A DNA stretch of 64,000 nt from Geopsychrobacteraceae bacterium (GTDB lineage Bacteria > Desulfobacterota > Desulfuromonadia > Desulfuromonadales > Geopsychrobacteraceae): assembly GCA_963662315.1 (NCBI GenBank), contig OY759353.1, positions 448,001 through 512,000 on the forward strand, in the 5' to 3' direction. Under the pieces are notes generated by a model that was given only the letters and a program-made list of their open reading frames with translations, had not been told where the DNA came from and searched no databases. Shown here in pieces: positions 1 through 9,420 of this stretch (the first letter of the stretch is position 1; each line of letters starts with the position of its first letter). The position numbers were made by a program, and so were the translations under genes.

Positions 1-1
1 T

Positions 2-259
2 GATGGAAGTAAGGGACCTCAGGCAGCCGAAGCATTGAAGCTGACGGCGCATGATGTGGATAGCCTGAAAACGGTTATTGATGAAGTTGTGCCAGAGCCA
101 CTTGGCGGAGCTCATCTTGATTATGATCAGGCCTCCGCTGTCCTGAAACAAGTGCTTTTGAAGCATCTCGCCGAACTTGAAGAATATTCTCCTGAGGGGT
201 TGATAGAACAACGATATCAGCGATTTAGGGCGATGAGCGAAGTTGAAGAACCGAAATAA
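2..259 (+). CDS. accA: Acetyl-CoA carboxylase carboxyltransferase alpha subunit, 3' part (cut by window edge)
   Basis: Open frame from base 2: AAEALKLTA...VIDEVVPEPLGGAH...RYQRFR, typical AccA C-terminus. Confidence 0.92.
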   Translation, partial: DGSKGPQAAEALKLTAHDVDSLKTVIDEVVPEPLGGAHLDYDQASAVLKQVLLKHLAELEEYSPEGLIEQRYQRFRAMSEVEEPK

Positions 260-271
260 CAACGCTTTATT

Positions 272-1033
272 ATGAGTCATAGAACAGCTTATTTTCTTGT
301 ATGCGTAGCAGCCCTTATGTTGAATGCTTGTGTAGGGGGAACACGCCATTCTTCACGGGTCATCGATTCACCAGAGGGCCGCGAGCTTCCTGGGTGGCAG
401 AGGCCCTATGAGGTTGATGGCCAGCGCTATAATCCTCTGACTACGCATCAAGGATTTCAGGAACGTGGGGTTGCCAGCTGGTATGGCAAAAAATTTCACG
501 GGCGTAAGACCAGTAATGGGGAAGTCTATAATATGTACGGTCTGAGTGCTGCGCATAAGACCCTTCCTCTCGGGGTTTATGTTGAAGTGACCCATCAGCA
601 GACCGGGAAGAAAATAGTCGTCAGGGTCAACGACAGGGGACCCTTTGTCGCTGGTCGCATTATAGATTTATCTTTTGGCGCGGCACAGCAACTAGGGATT
701 GTTGAAAAGGGAACTGCCCCTGTTGTTGTTAGGGCCCTTGGTTATATGCAGACAGTTAACGGGCATCGCGAATTTATCTCTCCTCCTAGCTATGATGCCG
801 GCTCTTTTACTATCCAGGTCGGAGCCTTTTCTAGTCGCGAAAACGCTGATGCACTTGCCTTGAAGATGAAAAATCGTTATGGCTATTCGGCTGTTGTTAT
901 GTCGCAAGTTAATGATAAAATTTTCTATCGTGTTAGAGTTGGCCAATTTAACTCCCTCGTCCAGGCAGAGCAGGCTGCTATCTCATTTGAACAGAACGGC
1001 TACACGGGAAGTTTTGTCGTTGCCTATAATTAA
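272..1033 (+). CDS. rlpA: RlpA family septal lytic transglycosylase lipoprotein (DPBB + SPOR)
   Basis: Lipobox LNAC; GVASWYG..FHGRKTSNGE, AAHKTLP, RVNDRGPF, IIDLS; C-terminal SPOR (IQVGAF...YRVRVG). Confidence 0.93.
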   Translation: MSHRTAYFLVCVAALMLNACVGGTRHSSRVIDSPEGRELPGWQRPYEVDGQRYNPLTTHQGFQERGVASWYGKKFHGRKTSNGEVYNMYGLSAAHKTLPLGVYVEVTHQQTGKKIVVRVNDRGPFVAGRIIDLSFGAAQQLGIVEKGTAPVVVRALGYMQTVNGHREFISPPSYDAGSFTIQVGAFSSRENADALALKMKNRYGYSAVVMSQVNDKIFYRVRVGQFNSLVQAEQAAISFEQNGYTGSFVVAYN

Positions 1034-1148
1034 ACTTTGTTTGATTTTTGTAAGCTGTAGTTAATGGAGTTTGTGTAGGGAAAGTTAAGGTACCGGATTT
1101 TTTAAGGAAAATCTTTTCTGAATAGCACCTTTTTGTGGCTGAATTGAC

Positions 1149-1177
1149 TTGCTTTTTTAATTAAGCTATGGTACTTT
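1149..1177 (+). promoter_or_regulatory. Putative sigma70 promoter of the csp gene
   Basis: TTGCTT (1149-1154), 17 nt spacer, TACTTT (1172-1177) with extended -10 TG (1169-1170). Confidence 0.55.
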
Positions 1178-1338
1178 TGGGGGGCATCGGATCCAGTTTG
1201 TGTCGACGTTTTTACTGATAAAGTCATTAAGGACCGCACGGATCAATCAGCCCTGTGCGGCTTTTTATTGACTAGCGGTTAACTGGATCTGCACTACGTA
1301 AACTCCCGTGTAGGGAACCAAGCAAGGAGAATGGAAAG

Positions 1339-1539
1339 ATGGCAGAAGGTACAGTTAAGTGGTTCAACGATTCTAAGGGTTTTGGTTTTATTGAGCAGGA
1401 TAACGGGCCAGATGTGTTTGTTCATTTCTCAGCAATCTCTGGAGACGGGTTTAAGTCTCTTGCTGAAGGAATGCGCGTAAACTTTGATGTTGTTGAAGGG
1501 CAAAAGGGCCCCCAGGCCAGTAACGTTACCAAGCTCTGA
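1339..1539 (+). CDS. Cold-shock protein (CspA family)
   Basis: GTVKWFN..KGFGFI (RNP1), DVFVHFSAI (RNP2); AAGGAG RBS upstream. Confidence 0.97.
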   Translation: MAEGTVKWFNDSKGFGFIEQDNGPDVFVHFSAISGDGFKSLAEGMRVNFDVVEGQKGPQASNVTKL

Positions 1540-1566
1540 TTCTATAGATTTGGTAAAATAAGAGAT

Positions 1567-1601
1567 AAGGCTTCGCAGTTTTTAATTGCGAAGCCTTTTT
1601 T
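1567..1601 (+). terminator. Intrinsic terminator after csp
   Basis: AAGGCTTCGCA / TGCGAAGCCTT stem followed by T run. Confidence 0.85.
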
Positions 1602-1719
1602 ATTTGTGTTCCAGGAAATCGTTTATAGTTCCAATAGCTAATGCTGTTGCATTAACTTATCTGTTAACGCTACTATGTCATCATTAATTTCGCATGTTTT
1701 CTCAGAAAGGGATAGTTAT

Positions 1720-1941
1720 ATGCCATTTGTTGAAGTTAATATTACCAAAGGGGCGACTGATGAACAAAAAGCCCAACTGGTCGAGGGCGTTACAGATCTT
1801 TTAGTAAGGGTTTTGCATAAGAATCCTGCGTCAACGCATGTTATGATAAAAGAACATGAAACTGACAGCTGGGGAATATCCGGACGTACCGTCAAGAAAC
1901 TTCGGGCTGAAGGGAAAACTCAGAATATTTCCAAAGAATAG
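1720..1941 (+). CDS. 4-oxalocrotonate tautomerase family protein
   Basis: Start at ATG 1720 gives Met-Pro1 (MPFVEV); EQKAQLV.GVT.LL..VL.K.P..THVMI.E....WG pattern. Confidence 0.88.
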   Translation: MPFVEVNITKGATDEQKAQLVEGVTDLLVRVLHKNPASTHVMIKEHETDSWGISGRTVKKLRAEGKTQNISKE

Positions 1942-1944
1942 CCT

Positions 1945-2166
1945 ATGTCTAACCCTGGTGAATTTTTGCAGGCCTGTGTAGATGGTAAAGTTTGGGTATA
2001 CTGTTCCCAATGTGCTGAAGCAAAGCAGTTGAAGTCCGTAGAAACTATTGATTGTGTCGGTAATGAAAACTATTGGGGGGATGAACCTTGGTGGTATGAT
2101 ACGCGCGTCTTTAAGTGTTGTGACTGTCTCACTGTTCAAGAATCGGAATTGGAACTTCAATTGTAA
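1945..2166 (+). CDS. Small Cys-rich hypothetical protein (two CxxC pairs)
   Basis: CSQC and CCDC motifs; starts 3 nt after the tautomerase stop. Confidence 0.7.
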   Translation: MSNPGEFLQACVDGKVWVYCSQCAEAKQLKSVETIDCVGNENYWGDEPWWYDTRVFKCCDCLTVQESELELQL

Positions 2167-2292
2167 TTCTAATCAACTTCTGAAATCCCATGGGGAAAGA
2201 TTTCTCTGATTGTTTAGAATCTGCTTCAAAAGTGGGTTGGTTTTTCTCTAGATCAAGAAAAATGACTGACAGGTGCTTTGAGCGGATATTGT

Positions 2293-2330
2293 AGCAGGAG
2301 AGAATCCTTCCTCTCCTGTTTTTATTTTTT
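2293..2330 (+). terminator. Intrinsic terminator-like hairpin
   Basis: AGCAGGAGAG / CTCTCCTGTT stem followed by TTTATTTTTT. Confidence 0.65.
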
Positions 2331-2351
2331 AACAAGATATAAGGATCGTTT

Positions 2352-3359
2352 ATGAAAATTCTGGTTACTGGGGCTGCCGGGTTTATCGGTTTTCATCTGG
2401 CTACTAAGTTGCTTGAGCGGGGCGACACTGTTGTTGGTCTCGATAATATTAATGATTATTATGATATCAATCTGAAAAAGGCCCGTCTTGAGAAGTTTCA
2501 GAAATATTCTCACTTTACCTTTGTTCAGATGAATCTCGAAGATCGGGAGGGAATTGCCGAGCTTTTTCGTAAAGAAAAGTTTGACCGGGTTGTGAACTTG
2601 GCTGCCCAGGCAGGTGTTCGTTATTCTCTGATCAATCCACATGCTTATATTGATAGTAATATTCAGGGATTTATGAATATTCTTGAAGGTTGCCGTCATA
2701 ATGAAGTTGAACATCTGGTGTATGCATCTTCTTCCTCGGTCTATGGTGCCAATACAGCAATGCCTTTCTCTGTTCATCACAATGTCGACCACCCCGTCTC
2801 TCTTTATGCCGCAAGCAAGAAAGCGAACGAATTGATGGCTCATACTTATAGCCACCTTTACCGTTTGCCGACCACTGGGTTGCGCTTTTTTACCGTTTAT
2901 GGTCCTTGGGGGCGGCCAGACATGGCGTTGTTTCTTTTTGCTAAGGCCATCCTCGAGGGAAGACCAATCGATGTCTTTAACTATGGGAAGATGAAGCGAG
3001 ATTTTACCTATATCGATGATATCGTCGAAGGTGTCATGCGGACCCTCGACTGCGTCGCGCTGGAAAATGGTGATTGGAATGGTGATTGTCCTGATCCTGG
3101 CACCAGCGCTGCCCCGTATCGTTTATATAACATTGGAAATAATAACCCTGTCGAACTGATGTATCTTATTGAGGTTCTGGAGAAGGAACTGGGGAAGGTC
3201 GCCCAGAAAAATATGCTGCCCATTCAGCCTGGTGATGTCCCGGCAACTTTTGCGGACGTCGATGCTTTGACGGATGCGGTGGGATTTAAGCCGTCTACCA
3301 GCATCGAAGATGGTGTTGCACGCTTTGTGGCGTGGTACCGCTCTTTTTATAATGTGTAG
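2352..3359 (+). CDS. NAD-dependent epimerase, UDP-glucuronate 4-epimerase type
   Basis: [40 protein letters not shown]. Confidence 0.93.
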   Translation: MKILVTGAAGFIGFHLATKLLERGDTVVGLDNINDYYDINLKKARLEKFQKYSHFTFVQMNLEDREGIAELFRKEKFDRVVNLAAQAGVRYSLINPHAYIDSNIQGFMNILEGCRHNEVEHLVYASSSSVYGANTAMPFSVHHNVDHPVSLYAASKKANELMAHTYSHLYRLPTTGLRFFTVYGPWGRPDMALFLFAKAILEGRPIDVFNYGKMKRDFTYIDDIVEGVMRTLDCVALENGDWNGDCPDPGTSAAPYRLYNIGNNNPVELMYLIEVLEKELGKVAQKNMLPIQPGDVPATFADVDALTDAVGFKPSTSIEDGVARFVAWYRSFYNV

Positions 3360-3453
3360 CATACGGGGATGGTTTTTCGTTGTCTGTGCCAAATATTCTC
3401 GTTAAAATGTCGAACTTTATTTAATTTTCAATTTATGTATTAAGGGACCGACG

Positions 3454-4332
3454 ATGATAAAAAGTATGACGGGGTATGGCCGGGGAGAAGCAAAGCATGA
3501 AGGCCTGCAATTCTCTGTAGAAATTAAAACGGTTAATCACCGTTATGGCGATATTAATGTTAAGGCTCCGCGGTTGTTATCCGCCCTTGAGCCAGAGTTG
3601 AAAAAACGGGTTCAGGAACAACTGAAACGTGGCAAAATTGATGTTTTCATCAGTCAGGATAACAGTTCACGTCTAACCGCAGTGCCGGTAGTTGTCGAAG
3701 ATCTGGCTCGGGCCTATATGGCTGCATTTGGTCGGTTGCAGGAGATTAGTGGATTGTCCGGTAGTGTTTCGGTAGAGTTTTTGGCATCGCAGAAAGATGT
3801 ATTGCAAATTCAGGATACTGAATTGTCTGCCGAGGATATGCGTGACTGTCTGTTTGAAGCTCTTGATAATGCCCTTGCGGCGATTGTTGCCATGCGTCGT
3901 TGCGAAGGCGATGCAACGGCCGCTGATATTCAGCAGCGGTTAGTCGCTCTGGTAGATATTCTGAACAATATTGAAGATGTCGCACCCGGTGTTCCTTTGG
4001 AGTGGCAGCAGAAGCTCCATGAACGTTTGTCGAAACTTCAGGATAATGGTGGTGGCGATCCGCAGAGGATTGCCCAGGAGATTGCTATTTTTGCTGATCG
4101 CTGCGATATCAGTGAAGAAATTACCCGCTTTAAGAGCCACCTTCAGCAGTTTAATGAGTTGCTGAGTGAAGAAGAACCGGTTGGGCGCCAGATGGACTTT
4201 CTTGTGCAGGAACTTAATCGTGAAGCTAATACCATGGGCTCTAAATCCAATGATGCGACTTTAACACGCCATGTTGTCGCACTGAAATCTGAACTTGAGA
4301 AAATTCGTGAGCAGGTACAGAACATTGAATAG
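3454..4332 (+). CDS. yicC: YicC/YloC family endoribonuclease
   Basis: [51 protein letters not shown]. Confidence 0.95.
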   Translation: MIKSMTGYGRGEAKHEGLQFSVEIKTVNHRYGDINVKAPRLLSALEPELKKRVQEQLKRGKIDVFISQDNSSRLTAVPVVVEDLARAYMAAFGRLQEISGLSGSVSVEFLASQKDVLQIQDTELSAEDMRDCLFEALDNALAAIVAMRRCEGDATAADIQQRLVALVDILNNIEDVAPGVPLEWQQKLHERLSKLQDNGGGDPQRIAQEIAIFADRCDISEEITRFKSHLQQFNELLSEEEPVGRQMDFLVQELNREANTMGSKSNDATLTRHVVALKSELEKIREQVQNIE

Positions 4333-4945
4333 TGGTGGCGCAAAGCGTGAAGGTGTCCTGTTTGTTGTTTCTGCTCCTTCTGGGGCAGGGAAGACCTCTC
4401 TGTGCCGGGAATTGATCAGCTCGGTCGCTGACTTGAGGCAGTCAATCTCCTTTGCAACCCGTGAGCGACGGTCCGGTGAAGAGGATGGTGTTGATTATCA
4501 TTTTGTCGGGATTGATATTTTTCGGCAGATGATCGGTCGCAATGAATTTGCTGAGTGGGCTGAAGTTCATGGTAATCTTTATGGTACCGCTCTTGAGACC
4601 ATTGACAGTGCTGCTGCCAGCGGAATTGATCTGTTGCTTGATATTGATTGCCAGGGCGCTCAACAATTACGTCAAAATTATAAGCGTGGTGTCTTTATTT
4701 TTATCCTTCCCCCGGATTATATTGAATTGGAGAAGCGTTTACGTGAGCGTGGGACTGATAGTGAAGATGTCATTCAGCGGCGTTTATGTAATGCCCGGGC
4801 AGAAATAGCTCAGGCTCATAATTATGATTATCTCGTTGTGAATGATGATTTTGCTAGTGCAAAACAGACATTAATGGCTATTATCAGTGCTGAACGGCAG
4901 AAAGCCAATCGCTGTTCTCATTTACTTAAAGAATTTAACTCCTGA
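4325..4945 (+). CDS. gmk: Guanylate kinase (start uncertain; TTG 4325 overlapping yicC stop)
   Basis: [10 protein letters not shown]-loop, [27 protein letters not shown]. Confidence 0.95.
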   Translation: MNSGGAKREGVLFVVSAPSGAGKTSLCRELISSVADLRQSISFATRERRSGEEDGVDYHFVGIDIFRQMIGRNEFAEWAEVHGNLYGTALETIDSAAASGIDLLLDIDCQGAQQLRQNYKRGVFIFILPPDYIELEKRLRERGTDSEDVIQRRLCNARAEIAQAHNYDYLVVNDDFASAKQTLMAIISAERQKANRCSHLLKEFNS

Positions 4946-4958
4946 GGAGAATGTCAGT

Positions 4959-5165
4959 ATGGCTCGTGTTACCGTAGAAGATTGTCTCGAAGTTATTCCT
5001 AACCGTTTTCTTTTGGCAATGGTCGCCGCTAAAAGATCAAAACAGTTGTACAAAGGGGCAGAGCCTCTTATTGAAAATAAATCGTCAAACAAAAAAGTCG
5101 TTCTGGCTCTACGCGAAATTGCTGCTGAACAGATTGAATTCGACATTCCCGTCCGCAGACGTTAA
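4959..5165 (+). CDS. rpoZ: RNA polymerase omega subunit
   Basis: [16 protein letters not shown]...AAKR; ALREIA; GAGGAG upstream. Confidence 0.96.
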   Translation: MARVTVEDCLEVIPNRFLLAMVAAKRSKQLYKGAEPLIENKSSNKKVVLALREIAAEQIEFDIPVRRR

Positions 5166-5266
5166 TTTCAGTTGGGCGGTCCTGAATGTTCCGGACTGCC
5201 CGCTCTGCACCAACAGGCTGTGAGCAGCTTCCCTCTCGCAACACCGGAGTCGATCCGGCCGCGACT

Positions 5267-7423
5267 ATGATAACTATTGAATCTATATGTGAACAATTAA
5301 GTGAATATTTTCCTGCTGTCGATACTGCACTCCTTGCGTGTGCAGGTGAGTTTTGTCAGCGGGCCCACCATGCGCAGAAAACCCCGGATGGGCGCGACTA
5401 TCATCAGCATCCCTTTGAAGTTGCATCGATTTTAGTCAGGCTCAAGGTCGATCAGGCGACTATTCTGGTGGGACTTCTACATGATACCCTCACTACAGGT
5501 AAGGTCAGTAAAGAGGATATTGCCAGTGTTTTTGGTAGTGAAGTCCTTGATCTTATTGAAATCGGCAATAAAATCAGTAGTATTCCCTATCGTCAAAGTA
5601 ATCAGCAGCAAGTCGAGAGTTTCCGCAAAATGTTTATCGCTATGGCAAGGGATATGCGCGTTGTGTTGGTGTATCTTGCGGACCGCCTTAGTGATATGCG
5701 GACGGTTTTTCATCTCGATGAAGCGCAACGGGTCGCCTATTCACGGGAGACTCTTGAAATTTATGCGCCTCTGGCCAATCGGCTTGGTATCAGTTGGTTG
5801 AAGGGTGAACTGGAAGACCTGTCCCTTAAGGTTTTGGAGCCTGACAAATATGCAGAGCTTGAAGAGAGTATCAGCGCGCATAAAGAAGAGCGTAGCGAAT
5901 ATGTCTCAAATGTTAAAGATGAAATAGAAAAGCTTCTGGTTGATAATCAGATTAGGGCAGAAGTTTCAGGACGGCCTAAGCATTTTTATTCTGTTTTTCG
6001 CAAAATGGAGCGCACCGGGGTTGATCTCGACCAGATCTATGATTTGATCGCTTTTAGGGTTTTGGTTGCATCTGTGCGTGAATGTTATGAAGTCCTGGGG
6101 CTTGTTCACTCGGCATGGAAACCGATTCCGGGTCGTTTTAAAGATTATATTGCCATGCCCAAATCGAACATGTACCAGTCGTTACATACGACGGTCATAG
6201 GTCCTTTTGCGGAACGTATGGAGGTGCAGATCCGTACCTTTGATATGCATCGTATTGCTGAAGAAGGGGTGGCGGCTCACTGGAAGTATAAGGAAAATGG
6301 AGTTGTTTCTGTTTCCGGACGTGATGATCAGCGTTTTAACTGGTTGCGTCAGGTTGTTGAATGGCAGCGCGATGTCAGCTCCAGCTGGGATGGTGCAAGC
6401 CCGGAATCGATTAACCTGTTTCCTGAAGAAGTCTATGTCTTTACCCCTGATGGCGATGTCAAGGAGCTTCCGGCAGGGTCATCACCTATCGATTTTGCGT
6501 TCGCTGTTCATACCGATGTCGGACGTCAATGTATCGGAGCGCGAATCAACGGCAAACTGTGTCCCCTTAAGACCGAGCTTAAAAATGGAGACATTATTGA
6601 GGTTTTGACCTCGGCGAATCAGAATCCCAGTAAGGATTGGCTGTCCATAGCCAAGACCTCTAAGGCCAGAAATAAAATTCGTCAGTGGATCAAGGCTGAA
6701 CAACGCGAAAAGAGTATTCAGATCGGCAAGGAGTTGCTCGAAAAAGAACTGCGGAAGTATCTGTATAGTATGAAACGTGCCATGGGGCTGCCCTCTTTTA
6801 GCGCGGCTATTCAGGCTTTGGGTTTTAAGGCCTCTGATGACCTGTTTGCTGCGGTTGGCTATGGAAAGTTGTCTGCGGGGCAGGTGGTTTCCCATATTCT
6901 TCCGAAAGAAGAGTTAAAGACAACTGCCGCAAAATCCGGCCCGCTGGGTAAGGTGCTTGAAAAATTCAGTCGCCGTAAATCTCAGAGTGCCATTCTTATC
7001 GGTGGAGTCGATAATGTCATGGTGCGTTTTGCCAATTGTTGTAACCCGTTGCCGGGAGAGCCCGTCGCAGGCTTTATCACCCGGGGGAGGGGGTTGACGG
7101 TACATACCAAAGACTGCCCTCAGGTGCTTGCCAGTGACCCGGATCGTCGTATTGACGTTGAATGGGATATGCAGAAGAAAACGACCCGTCCGGTCAAGAT
7201 TCAGGTCGTCTGTAATGATCAGAAGGGGATGCTGGTTGGCATTTCGACCGCAATAAGTAATGCTGATGCCAATATTGTCAATGCTACGGTCCATACGCGG
7301 GGAGACCGTAAGGGGATGAACCTTTTTGAGGTTGATGTTGAAAATCTTGAGCACTTGAACCGGGTGGTTCGTGAAATCAAGAAAGTGAAGGGAGTTATCC
7401 GGGTTGATCGTTTGCGAAACTAG
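5267..7423 (+). CDS. rel: Long RelA/SpoT homolog (HD-SYNTH-TGS-ZFD-ACT); hydrolase domain looks degenerate
   Basis: YAPLANRLG, GRPKH.YS..RKM, RFKDYIA.PK.N.YQSLHT, EVQIRT, DFAFAVHT, CC.P.PG, ACT tail; start could be 5186. Confidence 0.93.
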   Translation: MITIESICEQLSEYFPAVDTALLACAGEFCQRAHHAQKTPDGRDYHQHPFEVASILVRLKVDQATILVGLLHDTLTTGKVSKEDIASVFGSEVLDLIEIGNKISSIPYRQSNQQQVESFRKMFIAMARDMRVVLVYLADRLSDMRTVFHLDEAQRVAYSRETLEIYAPLANRLGISWLKGELEDLSLKVLEPDKYAELEESISAHKEERSEYVSNVKDEIEKLLVDNQIRAEVSGRPKHFYSVFRKMERTGVDLDQIYDLIAFRVLVASVRECYEVLGLVHSAWKPIPGRFKDYIAMPKSNMYQSLHTTVIGPFAERMEVQIRTFDMHRIAEEGVAAHWKYKENGVVSVSGRDDQRFNWLRQVVEWQRDVSSSWDGASPESINLFPEEVYVFTPDGDVKELPAGSSPIDFAFAVHTDVGRQCIGARINGKLCPLKTELKNGDIIEVLTSANQNPSKDWLSIAKTSKARNKIRQWIKAEQREKSIQIGKELLEKELRKYLYSMKRAMGLPSFSAAIQALGFKASDDLFAAVGYGKLSAGQVVSHILPKEELKTTAAKSGPLGKVLEKFSRRKSQSAILIGGVDNVMVRFANCCNPLPGEPVAGFITRGRGLTVHTKDCPQVLASDPDRRIDVEWDMQKKTTRPVKIQVVCNDQKGMLVGISTAISNADANIVNATVHTRGDRKGMNLFEVDVENLEHLNRVVREIKKVKGVIRVDRLRN

Positions 7424-7517
7424 ATCGTTATTGATTTGAGCTTTCATTCGTTACTATTTGGTGTTGCTGTGGACAATTCGTCATGTTGGTTATTGCTAAA
7501 TTGGAAAAGAGGTCTTT

Positions 7518-7901
7518 ATGAGTCTTGATATTATTTCGACCGGTAGCGCTCCTGCAGCAATTGGTCCTTATTCTCAGGCGGTAAAAGTTGGTGATTTTCT
7601 ATACTGTTCAGGGCAGATTCCGCTTGATCCCCAAACCGGTGAAATTGTCAGTGGTGGAATCGTTGAACAGACGGAGCAGGTTATGACGAATATTGGTGCC
7701 GTGCTCGCTGCTGCTGGTGCTGATTTTGGTAAGGTGGTTAAAACGACAATATTTATGCAGGATTTGAACGATTTCTCGGCTGTTAATAATATTTATGGTC
7801 GTTTTTTCAGTGGACCGGCTCCTGCTCGGTCTACGGTTCAGGTTGCTGGGTTGCCGAAGGGGGCTTTACTTGAAATTGAAACGGTTGTTTATCTTGGATA
7901 A
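7518..7901 (+). CDS. ridA: RidA/YjgF family enamine deaminase
   Basis: APAAIGPYSQA, SGQIP, PARSTVQV..LP....EIE. Confidence 0.93.
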   Translation: MSLDIISTGSAPAAIGPYSQAVKVGDFLYCSGQIPLDPQTGEIVSGGIVEQTEQVMTNIGAVLAAAGADFGKVVKTTIFMQDLNDFSAVNNIYGRFFSGPAPARSTVQVAGLPKGALLEIETVVYLG

Positions 7902-7946
7902 TTGTTGATACGTCAATTGAGACGTTTTGCTTCCTTTAATAAACGA

Positions 7947-7989
7947 CAAAAAGGGGATACCTACTTGAAGTAGTATCCCCTTTTGTTTT
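7947..7989. terminator. Bidirectional intrinsic terminator between ridA and rpmB
   Basis: A run, GGGGATAC...GTATCCCC stem, T run; lies between convergent genes. Confidence 0.82.
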
Positions 7990-8009
7990 AATCGATCTCG
8001 GATGGTAAA

Positions 8010-8201
8010 TCAGACGACTTTCTGAACTTTACCAGCGCGGATACAACGGGTACATGCTTTGATTGTTTTAACAGAGCCATTCTGAAGAGCACGGACCTTC
8101 TGCAGGTTAGGGCTCCAGACCGTACGGGTTTTGTTGTGAGCATGGCTGACGTTATTTCCGGTAACGGGCTTTTTCCCGCAGACTTCACATTGCTTTGACA
8201 T
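8010..8201 (-). CDS. rpmB: 50S ribosomal protein L28 (Zn-binding type)
   Basis: [10 protein letters not shown]....[11 protein letters not shown]....PNLQ...CTRC. Confidence 0.96.
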   Translation of the reverse strand: MSKQCEVCGKKPVTGNNVSHAHNKTRTVWSPNLQKVRALQNGSVKTIKACTRCIRAGKVQKVV

Positions 8202-8278
8202 CTCTTCAATCCTCCTGAAAGTTTCGAACGCGCATTGTTATCACATTTTTTGGAACGATGCAAATGATTTTAAGACTT

Positions 8279-8731
8279 TTATTTGGTTATCTTGTCATCG
8301 CTGATGACCGTTAGGCCATGGCTGCTGAGCAAGGCAGCTGTTACGCCGTTACCCCGGATTAATTCATGATTCAAGTAGACAGTGCCAAATCCACACGAAG
8401 GGCTACGCTGCTGCAATATTGCTGTTTTGGCATTACAAAGAAGTGCGATCTTTAACGCTTCTTGTGCGCCGGTCAAAAAGCGTAAGGTGACATCTTCTCC
8501 CATTTCGTTATGTAGAGATCCAGCTTCAGACAATACTCTGTCCCCGTCCCCCTGGGTAAACCAACTTTTCGCTCTGGGCGTTGGCAAACCACCGAGTTGC
8601 TCTGGACAAATAGGTACTGCGATCAGTCGATTGTCTCTGATGTAGTCAATAATGCTCTGGTTGAGCTTATATCGGCCATCATAGCGGCTGCAGATTCCCA
8701 GCAGGCAACTGCTGACAAGGACAGTATTCAT
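8279..8731 (-). CDS. DUF523 family (thiouracil desulfidase TudS-like) Fe-S protein
   Basis: VSSCLLG...RYDG, CPEQLGGLPTPR, SPSCG, GVTAA. Confidence 0.85.
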   Translation of the reverse strand: MNTVLVSSCLLGICSRYDGRYKLNQSIIDYIRDNRLIAVPICPEQLGGLPTPRAKSWFTQGDGDRVLSEAGSLHNEMGEDVTLRFLTGAQEALKIALLCNAKTAILQQRSPSCGFGTVYLNHELIRGNGVTAALLSSHGLTVISDDKITK

Positions 8732-8744
8732 ATCTAATTATGCT

Positions 8745-9401
8745 TCAGATGTTAAGGGGTGGATTGATGACAGCCGTGGGGAGTTCCTTGCTGTTTTTGA
8801 TGGTTACTCTGCGACCATCTATCAAAACACGCCCTTCGGCGATCCACTGAATAGCCTGAGGGTAGGCTATGTGCTCTTGTTCGAGAATTCTTGCGGCCAG
8901 AATATCCTCGTTATCATCGTCATGGATCGGCACCACAGCTTGAATTATAATCGGTCCACTATCAACGCCACCATCAACAAAATGGACTGTACAGCCACTG
9001 AAGCGGGCTCCATATTCAATGGCTTTCCGGTGGACACGCAAACCGGGAAATGCCGGGAGTAGCGAAGGATGAATATTGATGATTTTCATAGGATAAGCCT
9101 GAAGAAAAACATCGGTAATAATCCGCATAAAGCCGGCAAGGACAACAAGCTGTGTGCCGACTGCGTGCAGGGTTTTAACGATTTCCTGATCAAATTCCTC
9201 ACGCGAACTGAATTGTCTGTGGTCGATGCACGCAAAAGGGATCCCTGCCTTTTGGGCACGTTCAAGGGCGCCGGCTCCTGGATTGTTCGATACGACCAGA
9301 ACAATTTCAATGTCCAGTTTTCCCTCAGCGGTCTGGTCAATAATTGACTGCAGGTTCGTTCCACCACCTGACGCAAGTACTGCCACTTTCAGTTTCTGCA
9401 T
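8745..9401 (-). CDS. purN: Phosphoribosylglycinamide formyltransferase
   Basis: SGGGTNLQ, LAGFMRI, INIHPSLLP, GCTVHFV...VDSGPII. Confidence 0.97.
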   Translation of the reverse strand: MQKLKVAVLASGGGTNLQSIIDQTAEGKLDIEIVLVVSNNPGAGALERAQKAGIPFACIDHRQFSSREEFDQEIVKTLHAVGTQLVVLAGFMRIITDVFLQAYPMKIINIHPSLLPAFPGLRVHRKAIEYGARFSGCTVHFVDGGVDSGPIIIQAVVPIHDDDNEDILAARILEQEHIAYPQAIQWIAEGRVLIDGRRVTIKNSKELPTAVINPPLNI

Positions 9402-9420
9402 GATATTGATGGCTCACTCT

